Shown: positions 40,831-50,118, counted from the stretch's first letter. The stretch is DNA of 64,000 nucleotides from Candidatus Bathyarchaeota archaeon (GCA_963806535.1 CAWDYC010000005.1:64001-128000); one strand, 5' to 3'. Translations and numbers: made by a program. Notes: a model not told the origin generated them from the letters alone.

Positions 40831-42720
40831 ATGAAAGTGTTAGTTACTGGTGGTTTAGGTTTTATCGGAAGCAACTTCTGCAGGTACATGCTTTCTGAGA
40901 ATCCTGATTACGAATTGATAAATGTTGACAAAATAGGGATAGGCGCTAACCCAGCGAATCTTCACGATATTGAAAATGACAAACGTTATACTTTCATTAA
41001 AGGTGACATTTGCAATCCGCAGCTTATGAATAGGCTGATTCATCAAGTGGATGCTGTTGTAAACATTGCAGCGGAGACTCATGTAGACAGAAGCATTGCT
41101 GATCCCTACGTGTTTTTGCAGAATAACACGCTTGGTACTTTTACGATTTTAGAAGCTATACGCAAACATAATCATAAGGCTAAGCTTTTGCAGGTTTCAA
41201 CTGACGAAGTTTACGGTGAAGCACTTGAAGGTTCATTCACCGAGAATACTCCGCCTAAACCGTCTAATCCTTACTCAGCTTCAAAAGCCGCCGCCGACAT
41301 GTTTGTTTTATCTTACCATAAAACTTTTGGCTTAAACGTGTCTATTACCCGATGCACCAACAATTTTGGTCCTTACCAGTTGCCAGAAAAACTTATCCCA
41401 AAAACCATTATCCGAGCGCTTAGAGATCTTCCGATTCCAATCTATGGATCTGGACAAAACATTCGCGATTGGATTTACGTTCAAGATCACTGCGAAGCAA
41501 TCGCTACGGTTCTCAAAAAAGGAAACGCTGGAGAAATTTACAATGTTTCAGCTGGAAACGAAATTCCCAACATTGAAATCGCAAAAAAAATCATTGCATT
41601 GCTGCATAAACCTGAGAGTTTGATTACTTTTGTGGAAGATCGGCCTGGGCATGATACAAGGTACAGTTTGGATTCTTCGAAAATAAGGTCATCTTTGGGT
41701 TGGCAGACAAAGTGCAGTTTTGAGAAATCTTTAGAGTCAACTGTTCAATGGTATCTTGACAATGAACATTGGTGGACGCCGTTTGCTACGGAAGTAATTC
41801 TTCATCCAACACCTTGGAAACTTGGCGGTATCTCATTGAAGCTTTTAATCACTGGCGCCAGCGGTCTTTACGGCTCAAAGCTGGCTGCGCTTGCTGTCGA
41901 AAAGAATTTTGAGGTTTATTCCTGTGATGTGCAAGAATTGCCCGTTTGCGGTAACTTCGTTAAATTTGACGTTTCAAATAAAGAATTGGTTAATGAAGCG
42001 TTTAAGCGGGTTAAACCCGACGTTGTAGTTCACGCTGCAACTCTGACTGATGTGGATAAATGTGAGCTCAACAAGGAGCTTGCTTGGAAAATAAATGTTG
42101 AAGGAACAAAAAACATTGTTGAAGCAGCCAAAAACACAGGGTCTTTTCTAATTTATATTTCAACAGATTATGTTTTCAACGGCGAAAAAGGCAACTACAA
42201 GGAAACAGATGAACCCGCCCCGATTAATTATTACGGATTAACTAAGCTCAAAGCTGAAGAAATTGTGAAAACGCAGGCAGAATATTTTATTGCGCGGCCA
42301 AGCGTTATTTACGGTTCAACTCCTGCGGCTGGAAAAGTCAACTTTGCTCTTTGGCTAATTGAAACGCTCCGAAAAGGAGAACATGTGAAGATCATTACTG
42401 ATCAATGGAATACGCCGACGTTGAACACTAATTTGGCTGAGATGACTCTTGAAGTTGTTGAACGCAGATTGACCGGAACATTTCATCTTTGTGGTGCCAC
42501 ACGGGTTAGCCGATTCGAATTTGCAGAATTAATCGCTGAAACTTTCGGTTTAGATAAGAGCTTGATTGATCCAGTTTTGTCTTCACAGTTTACTTGGCCC
42601 GCTAAACGCCCTATGGACTCATCGCTTGACACAACCAAAGCCCAGCAAACGCTGCAGCATAAGCCCCTTGAGATGGATGAAGCGTTGAAACAGTTGAAGT
42701 TTGAGCTTTCAACAGTTTGA
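40831..42720 (+). CDS. dTDP-glucose 4,6-dehydratase (RmlB) read in frame with dTDP-4-dehydrorhamnose reductase (RmlD, TTG at about 41836); fusion or indel artefact
   Basis: RmlB: AAETHVDRS, VSTDEVYG, PYSASKAA, RCTNNFGP, DRPGHD. RmlD: ITGASGLYG, TDVDKCE, ISTDYVFNG, YYGLTKL, RPMDSSLD. Confidence 0.9.
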   Translation: MKVLVTGGLGFIGSNFCRYMLSENPDYELINVDKIGIGANPANLHDIENDKRYTFIKGDICNPQLMNRLIHQVDAVVNIAAETHVDRSIADPYVFLQNNTLGTFTILEAIRKHNHKAKLLQVSTDEVYGEALEGSFTENTPPKPSNPYSASKAAADMFVLSYHKTFGLNVSITRCTNNFGPYQLPEKLIPKTIIRALRDLPIPIYGSGQNIRDWIYVQDHCEAIATVLKKGNAGEIYNVSAGNEIPNIEIAKKIIALLHKPESLITFVEDRPGHDTRYSLDSSKIRSSLGWQTKCSFEKSLESTVQWYLDNEHWWTPFATEVILHPTPWKLGGISLKLLITGASGLYGSKLAALAVEKNFEVYSCDVQELPVCGNFVKFDVSNKELVNEAFKRVKPDVVVHAATLTDVDKCELNKELAWKINVEGTKNIVEAAKNTGSFLIYISTDYVFNGEKGNYKETDEPAPINYYGLTKLKAEEIVKTQAEYFIARPSVIYGSTPAAGKVNFALWLIETLRKGEHVKIITDQWNTPTLNTNLAEMTLEVVERRLTGTFHLCGATRVSRFEFAELIAETFGLDKSLIDPVLSSQFTWPAKRPMDSSLDTTKAQQTLQHKPLEMDEALKQLKFELSTV

Positions 42721-42746
42721 AGGAAGATAGGATATGGAATTATTGA

Positions 42747-43295
42747 TTAAGGATTCATTGCGCCGCAATGAGGGCAATTGTCAAGCTTTTTATCATAAGT
42801 GAATTTGCAGTAATGACAACGTACCTTTGTAACCTCAGTAATCTCTTTTGTGACAGGTTCTTCTTTTGCTTTCAAACAAACTCGTAAATTGAATAGCTCG
42901 TTTGCAAAATCAGTCAGATAATCTGAATGATCAAAAAGGACTGTTTGAGTTTTTTCTAGACCATCATCAAATTCTATAACAAAAATATTGTCTTTCGATG
43001 TAATGCCTGTTGGTGCTAATGCTCGTTTAATTTTGCTTACAGGAATTTCCAGTATGAATTCAGCCGATCTAAAAACAACTTTGTTTTGAGGATGGGAATA
43101 TAACGATAAATTACCATTAATTTGATGAGTAAATAGAGGGTGTCCGCTTAAATATCTGGCGTCAATTTCTAAGATTAGTTCTTTAACGTGCTCTTTATCT
43201 GAAATATGCTCTTTTTCAAGATGCTGGAACATTCTGTCTTCCCCTTTGAACAGTTTTCCACATTTGGGGCAATAGACTTCTAAACCGTTTTTCAT
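42747..43295 (-). CDS. Hypothetical protein with N-terminal C2H2 Zn finger and C-terminal Zn ribbon
   Basis: CPKCGKLF...HLEKEH; CHYC...CPHCG. Confidence 0.7.
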   Translation of the reverse strand: MKNGLEVYCPKCGKLFKGEDRMFQHLEKEHISDKEHVKELILEIDARYLSGHPLFTHQINGNLSLYSHPQNKVVFRSAEFILEIPVSKIKRALAPTGITSKDNIFVIEFDDGLEKTQTVLFDHSDYLTDFANELFNLRVCLKAKEEPVTKEITEVTKVRCHYCKFTYDKKLDNCPHCGAMNP

Positions 43296-43430
43296 GCGTT
43301 CAACCTGGCAAATTGTTTCTTATTTCTCTCTTTTACTATTTAAGGAGAACATAAGGTTGCAGCATTAGTATTTTTTAAAAATAGTAGCGCGTATTCTTGG
43401 AAACAAAGATAGTCCAATCGATGTTTCACC

Positions 43431-43560
43431 ATTGTCTAAGATTGTCTATTTTTGTCTAATAATGTCTAAAAATGAACCTACTTGCAAATGATTTGAGATT
43501 CAAATCAAAACAGCAACTTAAAACACAAAGAACAAAAATATCCCCCAAAAAACCGTCAAT
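43431..43560 (+). repeat. Dispersed intergenic element, copy B (4 x 10-bp TGTCTA units, then core)
   Basis: attgtctaag|attgtctatt|tttgtctaat|aatgtctaaa ... ctactTGCAA-N25-GCAActtAAAACACAAA...ccgtcaat. Confidence 0.8.
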
Positions 43561-43622
43561 ACGCAGTTTTTGCAAAGTGTATTGTCAAACACAAGTGTTA
43601 TGTTCTGGGCTTTGTACTCTTT

Positions 43623-43988
43623 TTGCTAATGAAACAGACAAGTATTAAGCAGATAGCGAGGCAGCGTATTCAAATCCTCTTTGAAGAGGCAAAGAACATT
43701 GCTAATTCTGATCCAAAATTAGCCGCGAAGTACGTTAAATCTGCACGCCGAATCGCCATGGCAGCCAAAATACGCTTACCCCTCGAGTTCAGACGTCAGA
43801 CCTGCAAAAACTGCAACGCCCTGCTAGTGCATGGTTCTAACTGCCGAGTGAGGATAAAGCAGAAAAGGGAGTCTCATGTTGTAGTAACCTGTTTAAACTG
43901 CGGTAACCAAACCCGTATATTACTAGGTAAAAAAGAGGAGAAGAAACATCTTGAGCAAAATAACGACCAGAATGAAGCGGCATGTTAG
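43623..43988 (+). CDS. rnp4: Ribonuclease P protein component 4 (Rpp21)
   Basis: IARQRIQILF, YVKSARRIA, CKNC...TCLNCG. Confidence 0.92.
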   Translation: MLMKQTSIKQIARQRIQILFEEAKNIANSDPKLAAKYVKSARRIAMAAKIRLPLEFRRQTCKNCNALLVHGSNCRVRIKQKRESHVVVTCLNCGNQTRILLGKKEEKKHLEQNNDQNEAAC

Positions 43989-44259
43989 ACATGTTTTGAA
44001 AGATGAAAACGTAACAATTTGGGTTGGCAAAGACGGCTTAACTGATCAGTTGACAGGTGAAATTGAGAAGCAACTTCAAAGAAACAAAATGGTGAAAGTT
44101 AGAGTTTTACCCGCTGCCCTTCAAGCACCCAACACAGCGCAGACAATTGCGGCTAAGGCTGCAGATAAAACAAATGCTGCTTTGGTAGAGGTCAGAGGTC
44201 ACGTGTTTATTTTGTTTAGGAAACGTAGAGCGGAAGAAAAAGAAGAATCTGAACTATAA
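43951..44259 (+). CDS. YhbY/CRM RNA-binding protein
   Basis: IWVGKDGLT, MVKVRVL, VEVRGHVFILFR; canonical position after rpp21. Confidence 0.9.
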   Translation: MSKITTRMKRHVRHVLKDENVTIWVGKDGLTDQLTGEIEKQLQRNKMVKVRVLPAALQAPNTAQTIAAKAADKTNAALVEVRGHVFILFRKRRAEEKEESEL

Positions 44260-44311
44260 TTTTTAGAAAATACATCTCAAATAGAAAAAGAAAATAGGGC
44301 ACAATGTGCCT

Positions 44312-44866
44312 TCAAAACGTGGTTATTTTAGGCTTAATTCTCAGTCGACCAAGATACGCCACTAAAGCTGTAGCAGCAAGTGCGAAAAAGACGAAAACCA
44401 GCGCAGATGGAAATTCTGGAACCGCCGCATTGACTTTTACATTGCCCCACATGCCCAAATTTACATGTCCATCAACTTGACAAATGTAGTAATAGTTTCC
44501 AGCGTTGCCGACAGTAAATGTAACTGAATCGCTTGTTCCAGCTGCAACTGCATTGCTTGCAGACCCAATTGCTGCATTCCAAAGAACATTTCCGGTTGAA
44601 GATTTAGTGTCTACAATGGCGAAGTTATGACTCATTGTTCCCGCGTTATGAAGAGTAACTGTTACAAGTTCTCCAGAGGTAAAAGTCAATGTTGGACCAG
44701 GCGAATTTATGCTAGATGCGCTATCACCAAATCCGTATAAAGTCGTGCTTTTTTCTCCTGCATACAAAGTTACTTGAGTTTGCGCTTGAACCTGCATCGT
44801 TCCCAACGTGACGCAAAGTAACCCAATTGAAAGCAGAAATGCCAAAACTAATATTGATTTTTTCAT
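44312..44866 (-). CDS. Secreted cupredoxin (type 1 Cu) with PEF-CTERM-like sorting signal
   Basis: Signal peptide; HNF...YYYICQVDGHVNLGMWG ligands; C-terminal VPEF + TM + basic residues. Confidence 0.85.
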   Translation of the reverse strand: MKKSILVLAFLLSIGLLCVTLGTMQVQAQTQVTLYAGEKSTTLYGFGDSASSINSPGPTLTFTSGELVTVTLHNAGTMSHNFAIVDTKSSTGNVLWNAAIGSASNAVAAGTSDSVTFTVGNAGNYYYICQVDGHVNLGMWGNVKVNAAVPEFPSALVFVFFALAATALVAYLGRLRIKPKITTF

Positions 44867-45053
44867 AAGAATATCTCATGAATTTTGTTGTGGAAGTAAG
44901 CTTTAAAGTATTTGCTGTAGCGTGTTAGCAACCACAAATATTGAGCATTTTTCAAAGAGTTATATGCTGCGTTATCAGTCTTTTCCTATCAGATAATATT
45001 TATATTAGGCTTCATTGTTTAACTGCAAGGAAAAACAAGGGAAAAGAGTATCT

Positions 45054-45518
45054 TTGACGACTCCTCATGACGTTCCAGCTTCAAAATTTATAGATCGTTT
45101 AGCAAAGTATCTAAGAGAAAACGTTGACGAAGTTCAACCTCTTCCATGGGCAGCTTTCGCTAAAACAGGAAATCACGTAGAAAAGCAGCCGCAGAACCCT
45201 AATTGGTGGTACACTCGAAGCGCATCAGTGCTTCGCAAAGTTTACATTCATGGACCAATCGGATTAGAAAAACTACGCGCTGATTACGGCGGAAGAAAGA
45301 ACAATGGCGTAAAGAAAAATCATGCTGTTAAAGGAGGCGGTAGTAACATCCGCAAGATTCTGCAGCAACTTGAAACTGCGGGTTTAATTCAAACTACTAA
45401 GCCTAAGGGCAGAGTTATGTCTCCAAAAGGTCGCAAACTTCTTCAAGAAGTCGCCGGAGACCTCAACAAAGAAATAGTTAAAACCATCCCTGAGCTCAAG
45501 AAATATCAAGGCGAATAG
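45054..45518 (+). CDS. rps19e: 30S ribosomal protein S19e
   Basis: TPHDVPA, WAAFAKTG, WWYTRSASVLRKVY, IRKILQQLE. Confidence 0.96.
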   Translation: MTTPHDVPASKFIDRLAKYLRENVDEVQPLPWAAFAKTGNHVEKQPQNPNWWYTRSASVLRKVYIHGPIGLEKLRADYGGRKNNGVKKNHAVKGGGSNIRKILQQLETAGLIQTTKPKGRVMSPKGRKLLQEVAGDLNKEIVKTIPELKKYQGE

Positions 45519-45850
45519 TGAAGATGTCAGATGACCAGCTTGACCAAATCCGCAAGCGAAAAATGTTGTCAATGCAGCAAAGATCAAATGACGAGCAAAG
45601 ACAATCTCAAGAACAACAAATAGACGCTCAAAAAAACGCATTGCTTGCCAAGATATTGGCACCTGATGCCCGGCAAAGGCTAAATAACCTGAAAATGGTT
45701 AAGCCGGAATTTGCAGAACAGATCGAGATGCAACTGATTGAAATGGCGCAAACAGGAAAGTTGCCTATTCCACTTTCAGATGCACAGCTTAAGGGAATAT
45801 TAATTCAGCTTCAATCACGGAAGCGAGAAACAACAATTAGAAGGATATGA
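45518..45850 (+). CDS. PDCD5-like dsDNA-binding protein
   Basis: [40 protein letters not shown]. Confidence 0.92.
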   Translation: MKMSDDQLDQIRKRKMLSMQQRSNDEQRQSQEQQIDAQKNALLAKILAPDARQRLNNLKMVKPEFAEQIEMQLIEMAQTGKLPIPLSDAQLKGILIQLQSRKRETTIRRI

Positions 45851-45855
45851 AAAAA

Positions 45856-46014
45856 TTGGCAAGAGTTAAACCTACAGCAAAAAAGCTTAGACTGGCTAAA
45901 GCTGGCAAAGAATCAGCGTCGGTTCCAACATGGGTAATTGCCCGCACAGACGGCAAAGTTAGAAATAACCCTAAGCAAAGACGTAACTGGCGGACAAGGA
46001 AAATAAAGGCATAG
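45856..46014 (+). CDS. rpl39e: 50S ribosomal protein L39e (below the ORF-track size cut-off)
   Basis: Manual translation [52 protein letters not shown]. Confidence 0.93.
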   Translation: MARVKPTAKKLRLAKAGKESASVPTWVIARTDGKVRNNPKQRRNWRTRKIKA

Positions 46015-46026
46015 GGGTAATTTTGC

Positions 46027-46509
46027 ATGAGTAAAGAAGTCGTAGAAGAACAAAAGAAAGCTGAAGTCGAAGAAGAATTACCAGATTTAACTGAAGAAGA
46101 ACCTGCAGTTGAAGCAACTGAAGAGGTAGCTGCTACTACTGAAGAAGTTGAAGAGCAACCAGAAGAAGCAGTGGAAGCAAAAGTTACTAAGAAAAAGAAG
46201 CCTGAAGAAGAAATTGTTGAAGAACGAACTTACACTGTTCCTCTTTCAAGAGCTTTAGTTAGACCGCCTAAGAAGCGTGCTCCACGTGCTATGCAATTGC
46301 TAAAACTTTTCATTACAAAACATATGAAATTGGAAATGAAGGTTTCTGAAGAAGAGGAAGAAGAAGAATTGCCTCAACTTATTATCAGTCAGGAAGTTAA
46401 CGAGAAAATCTGGGATAGAGGCATAGAGAAGCCGCCGAGAAAGATTCGGGTTCGTGCAGCAAAAGATAAAGACGGCAACGTAACGGTTTATCTCGCTGAA
46501 GCCCAATAA
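46027..46509 (+). CDS. rpl31e: 50S ribosomal protein L31e with acidic N-terminal extension
   Basis: ERTYTVPL, KRAPRA, VNEKIWDRGIEKPPRKIRV. Confidence 0.93.
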   Translation: MSKEVVEEQKKAEVEEELPDLTEEEPAVEATEEVAATTEEVEEQPEEAVEAKVTKKKKPEEEIVEERTYTVPLSRALVRPPKKRAPRAMQLLKLFITKHMKLEMKVSEEEEEEELPQLIISQEVNEKIWDRGIEKPPRKIRVRAAKDKDGNVTVYLAEAQ

Positions 46510-46560
46510 TCTCTTCTTCAATTTTGTTTTACTTATTTCTTATTTAGTTTTGAGCGACTT

Positions 46561-46678
46561 TTTTGACGAATTTTGACGTTTCTTGACGGTTTTTGACGCA
46601 ACCTGCAACTGAAACAAACTGCAAACACAAAAAGCAACTTAAAACACAAAGAAAAACCCTACCAAGAAATCCGTCAAT
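46561..46678 (+). repeat. Dispersed intergenic element, copy C (4 x 10-bp TTGACG units, then core)
   Basis: ttttgacgaa|ttttgacgtt|tcttgacggt|ttttgacgca accTGCAA-N25-GCAActtAAAACACAAA...ccgtcaat. Confidence 0.82.
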
Positions 46679-46700
46679 AACCTTCGAGACACAATAGATC

Positions 46701-46807
46701 ACCTTATTTCTTCCTTTTTCTTCCAGATTTTTCCGTTTTCTTGCATTTAAAGACGCAACCTGCAAACAAATTGGACCCTAAATCAAAAAAACAACTTGAA
46801 ACACAAA
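46701..46807 (+). repeat. Dispersed intergenic element, copy D (10-bp TTSC units, then core), tandem to copy C
   Basis: ttcctttttc|ttccagattt|ttccgttttc|ttgcatttaa agacgcaaccTGCAA-N25-ACAActtGAAACACAAA. Confidence 0.78.
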
Positions 46808-46933
46808 CAACAAAAACCCAGCCAAAAAATAATTTGAAAAATTCTTGTTTCATTGAAAAAGACCGCAATCTAAAAAAAGGAGTATGCATGTGACTTCGCC
46901 ATTAACGTTTATCATCATCAGGAGAAATAATTC

Positions 46934-47617
46934 TTGACTGTTTACTTATCCAGCATAGTTGGAAGTGCAAGCATAGGTGTTTACGCGTTCGCAACTGAAA
47001 ACATAGTTATGATACCAAGAATGGTTCCACTTGAAAAAGCACAAGAGTACGCAACATGGCTTAAAACTAAGCTTCTGTATACTCACATCGGAGGCTCAGT
47101 TCTGGGCGGTGCATTAGTATGCGCAAACTCGAATGGAATGGTTCTCCCAAACTATATCCGCCAAGAAGAATTAGAGGCAATTAAATCAGTTTTTGATGGA
47201 AACATCACAATTATGGAAACCAAAAAAACGGCATATGGCAACTTGGTTTTGGCAAGTGATAAAGGAGCAGTGGTTGATCCTCGATTCAAAGATGAGGACA
47301 TAACACTTATTTCCGATGCCCTAGGCGTTGAAGTTGTGCCGACAGAAATTGCGGGTTTACCCTATGTTGGCTCCTTGGCGACTGCAACAAACAAAGGAGT
47401 ACTAGCCCATCCTTTGCTAAAAGATGAAGAAAGAAAAATCTTAGAAAGCGTTTTCAAAGTTCCAGTCGATGTAGGCACAATTAACTGTGGGGTTCCCTAT
47501 GTTGGAACTGGCTTATTGGCTAATTCTCATGCTGCTGTAGCTGGTTCTATGACAACTGGACCCGAGATGTTTATTATTGGGAATGCGCTGGATGTGGTGC
47601 AGGAAGATCAAAAATGA
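46934..47617 (+). CDS. eif6: Translation initiation factor 6 (aIF6)
   Basis: IGVY, ANSNG, GNLVLA, VGS...ATNKGVLAHP, GTINCGVPYVG, TTGPE. Confidence 0.95.
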   Translation: MTVYLSSIVGSASIGVYAFATENIVMIPRMVPLEKAQEYATWLKTKLLYTHIGGSVLGGALVCANSNGMVLPNYIRQEELEAIKSVFDGNITIMETKKTAYGNLVLASDKGAVVDPRFKDEDITLISDALGVEVVPTEIAGLPYVGSLATATNKGVLAHPLLKDEERKILESVFKVPVDVGTINCGVPYVGTGLLANSHAAVAGSMTTGPEMFIIGNALDVVQEDQK

Positions 47618-47844
47618 AGGCTTTCAAAGTAACCGGCCAAATCAGTAAGCCAAGGCTGTCAACTCCTTTTGTAAGGGAATTGTTAGCAGACAAAAGTGAG
47701 CATGCAGTAGAGAAAGTTTACGCAGAAATAGGTAGCAGACACCGAGTTAAAAGATGCCACATAAAAATCGCCTCTGTTGAAGAAGTTTCTGCCGAACAAA
47801 TTATAAACCCAATCTTGAAGAAAATTGTTTTAGCAGGAGTGTAA
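47614..47844 (+). CDS. rplX: 50S ribosomal protein LX (L18Ae/L20a)
   Basis: MKAFKVTG, AVEKVYAEIGSRHRVKR..IKI..VEE. Confidence 0.92.
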   Translation: MKAFKVTGQISKPRLSTPFVRELLADKSEHAVEKVYAEIGSRHRVKRCHIKIASVEEVSAEQIINPILKKIVLAGV

Positions 47845-47849
47845 AAATC

Positions 47850-48287
47850 TTGGTGGAAAGAGCTAAATCGGAAGAAGAACTTCGTAGACTCAGCATGGAA
47901 ATGCGTTATCTCGAGCAAACAGCAGATGCTCTCCAGCAACGCATAAGCATGGTGAATGCAGCCATCACTGACATAAGCTATGCGAACATGACGCTTGACG
48001 GAATCGTGGCGGAAAAAGAAAACGCTGAACTATTCGTTCCGATCGGTGGAAGCTCTTACGTGAAAGTTAAACTTGCAGATTCAAACAAGGTAATTATTGG
48101 ATTAGGCTCTGGCGTTTCTATAGAAAAGACTTTGGCGGACGCAAAAGCAGCCTTGAAAGAACGGTTGGATGAACTGGAAAAAACCATGAATTCGGCTCAG
48201 CAACAGTTTACTCAGGTGGCTGAAAGAATAAACTCTGGCAGAAGCAGGCTTGAAAACCTACTTGGAGCAAGAGAAGGGAAACCTTGA
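47850..48287 (+). CDS. pfdA: Prefoldin subunit alpha
   Basis: Coiled coils flanking ELFVPIGGSSYVK...VIIGLGSGVSIEK. Confidence 0.93.
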   Translation: MVERAKSEEELRRLSMEMRYLEQTADALQQRISMVNAAITDISYANMTLDGIVAEKENAELFVPIGGSSYVKVKLADSNKVIIGLGSGVSIEKTLADAKAALKERLDELEKTMNSAQQQFTQVAERINSGRSRLENLLGAREGKP

Positions 48288-48291
48288 AGCG

Positions 48292-49197
48292 ATGTTTGAG
48301 AAGCTCAAATCTGGTTTTAAAGGCTTAGTAAACAAAGTTACAACCACAGAACTAAAAACTGAAAATCTAAAGCCCATTTTATCCGAATTCAAAATGAGTC
48401 TTTGTGAAAACGATGTGGCTTATCCAGTAGCTGAAAAAATCGGCGATGACCTTGAAAAACGCCTCGTGGGTGTCCAAGTTAAACGGTTGGAAGACAGAAA
48501 AAAAATTGTGGACGAAAACCTCAGACAAGTCCTTCTAGAAGTCATGCTTACAGGCAAAAGCATTGATCTGCTAAAGATGGCTGAAGAGAAACGCAGAAAG
48601 AAAGAGCCGCTAGTTCTAATGTTTGTCGGCATTAACGGCACAGGAAAAACCACCACGATTGCTAAAGTTGCACATTTTTTACGGGACAAAAGCTACAGTG
48701 TCGTGCTTGCTGGCGCTGACACATATCGTGCTGGCTCAATTGAGCAGTTGGAAGAACATGGAAAACGTTTAGGAATTCGAGTTATTAAGAGCAATTATGG
48801 TGGAGACCCAGCGGCAGTAGCATATGATGCGGTAAATCATGCTAAAGCTCATGGACTTAACATAGTTCTAATTGATACTGCAGGAAGAATGCAGACTAAC
48901 CAGAACTTGATGAATGAACTTATTAAAGTCAAACGTGTTGTTGGCCCCGACTTGACCATCTTTACTGTTGATTCCTTGATTGGCAATGATGCTGTTCAGC
49001 AAGCCGAGGAATTTAACAAAGCTGTCGGTATTGATGCTACAATTTTGACTAAAGTGGATGCAGATGTCAAAGGCGGATCTGCTTTAAGCGTAACGTATGT
49101 TACTCAGAAACCAATTTTGTTTATCGGGGTTGGGCAAACGTATAAGGATTTGGAATTGTTTAATCCTGAAAAATTCGTCAACATGGTACTCCGATAA
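48292..49197 (+). CDS. ftsY: SRP receptor FtsY
   Basis: GINGTGKTTTIAK, DTYRAG, DTAGR, TKVDADVKGG, GVGQ. Confidence 0.96.
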   Translation: MFEKLKSGFKGLVNKVTTTELKTENLKPILSEFKMSLCENDVAYPVAEKIGDDLEKRLVGVQVKRLEDRKKIVDENLRQVLLEVMLTGKSIDLLKMAEEKRRKKEPLVLMFVGINGTGKTTTIAKVAHFLRDKSYSVVLAGADTYRAGSIEQLEEHGKRLGIRVIKSNYGGDPAAVAYDAVNHAKAHGLNIVLIDTAGRMQTNQNLMNELIKVKRVVGPDLTIFTVDSLIGNDAVQQAEEFNKAVGIDATILTKVDADVKGGSALSVTYVTQKPILFIGVGQTYKDLELFNPEKFVNMVLR

Positions 49198-49223
49198 TCC
49201 GCAGTTTTTGTTTAGGGGCTGAA

Positions 49224-49737
49224 ATGTTGCTGATAAGAGAGGAAAAATCATCAGATTTTCAAGCCATTTACGATTTAGTCAAAGTTGCTTTTCAAACCGC
49301 CAGGGTGTCTAATGGAGAAGAACAAAATTATGTTAATAAACTCCGTGCTGGCCATAACTACGTTCCTCAACTTGCATTAGTGGCAGTAGAGGGTTCAAAA
49401 CTTGTTGGGCATATAATGTTGACTAAAACTTACGTTACATTGGGTAACTCAATATTTGATGCCCTTTTGTTAGCGCCTCTTTCTGTGGCATTAGAGTATC
49501 GCAGATGTGGAATTGGCTCAAAACTAGTTAAGAAAAGTTTTGAGTCAGCAAAGAACTTGGGGTTACAGAGCCGTTTTTGTGGTTGGTGACCCTGCTTTTT
49601 ACAGCAGGTTTGGTTTTAAGTCATCTGTACTTTTTGGGATTAAACATGTCCCAACGATTGCTGACCAATTTGTAATGGTACATGAGTTGTCTACTGGTGC
49701 GTTGAATGGCGTTAATGGAACAGTAACTTTTACTTAA
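49224..49737 (+). CDS. GNAT acetyltransferase (YhbS-like), +1 frameshift in a G run at about 49560
   Basis: LVGHIMLT, LLAPLSV..EYRRCGIGSKL, then VFVVGDPAFYSRFGF. Confidence 0.85.
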
Positions 49738-49758
49738 CAATCCACTTGCTTAGCTGTT

Positions 49759-50118
49759 CTAAGGCTCTTCTATCTCTGCTAGTTCAAAGCTGATTTTGCT
49801 TGGGTAAATCCAATATGCTTTGATGAAGTCTTCAATGCTCTGGTCAATGTCTAAGGCTTCAAAAAAATTAATGAACTCTTTATCTACATTTCCAATGTCT
49901 TTTGCCGTGTATACCCTTAAATTAGCCAAATATTCTCTATCAACAATTAGCTCTTTCATCGAAATCAAGTCTGGCACTTCAACTGAAAACATTAAATTTG
50001 TTAAAACGTCTAAGACAGCCACTTTGCGAACGTTTTCATTTTTGGTTTTTACAACGATCAGTCTTTTGTCAAAAACTCTAAAATTCCAATCGCTTTCCAA
50101 GTCTAAAGAAATGGACAT
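49759..50118 (-). CDS. Hypothetical protein
   Basis: 119 aa ORF with ATG start and protein-like composition. Confidence 0.6.
   Translation of the reverse strand: MSISLDLESDWNFRVFDKRLIVVKTKNENVRKVAVLDVLTNLMFSVEVPDLISMKELIVDREYLANLRVYTAKDIGNVDKEFINFFEALDIDQSIEDFIKAYWIYPSKISFELAEIEEP

Noticed and set aside
46544-46889. ORFs 46544-46765 and 46704-46889, and TTG-CAG-GTT-initiated peptides on the minus strand of the repeat
   Set aside because: Peptides from the different copies are not conserved beyond 3-4 codons, and the 10-bp period is incompatible with codon structure
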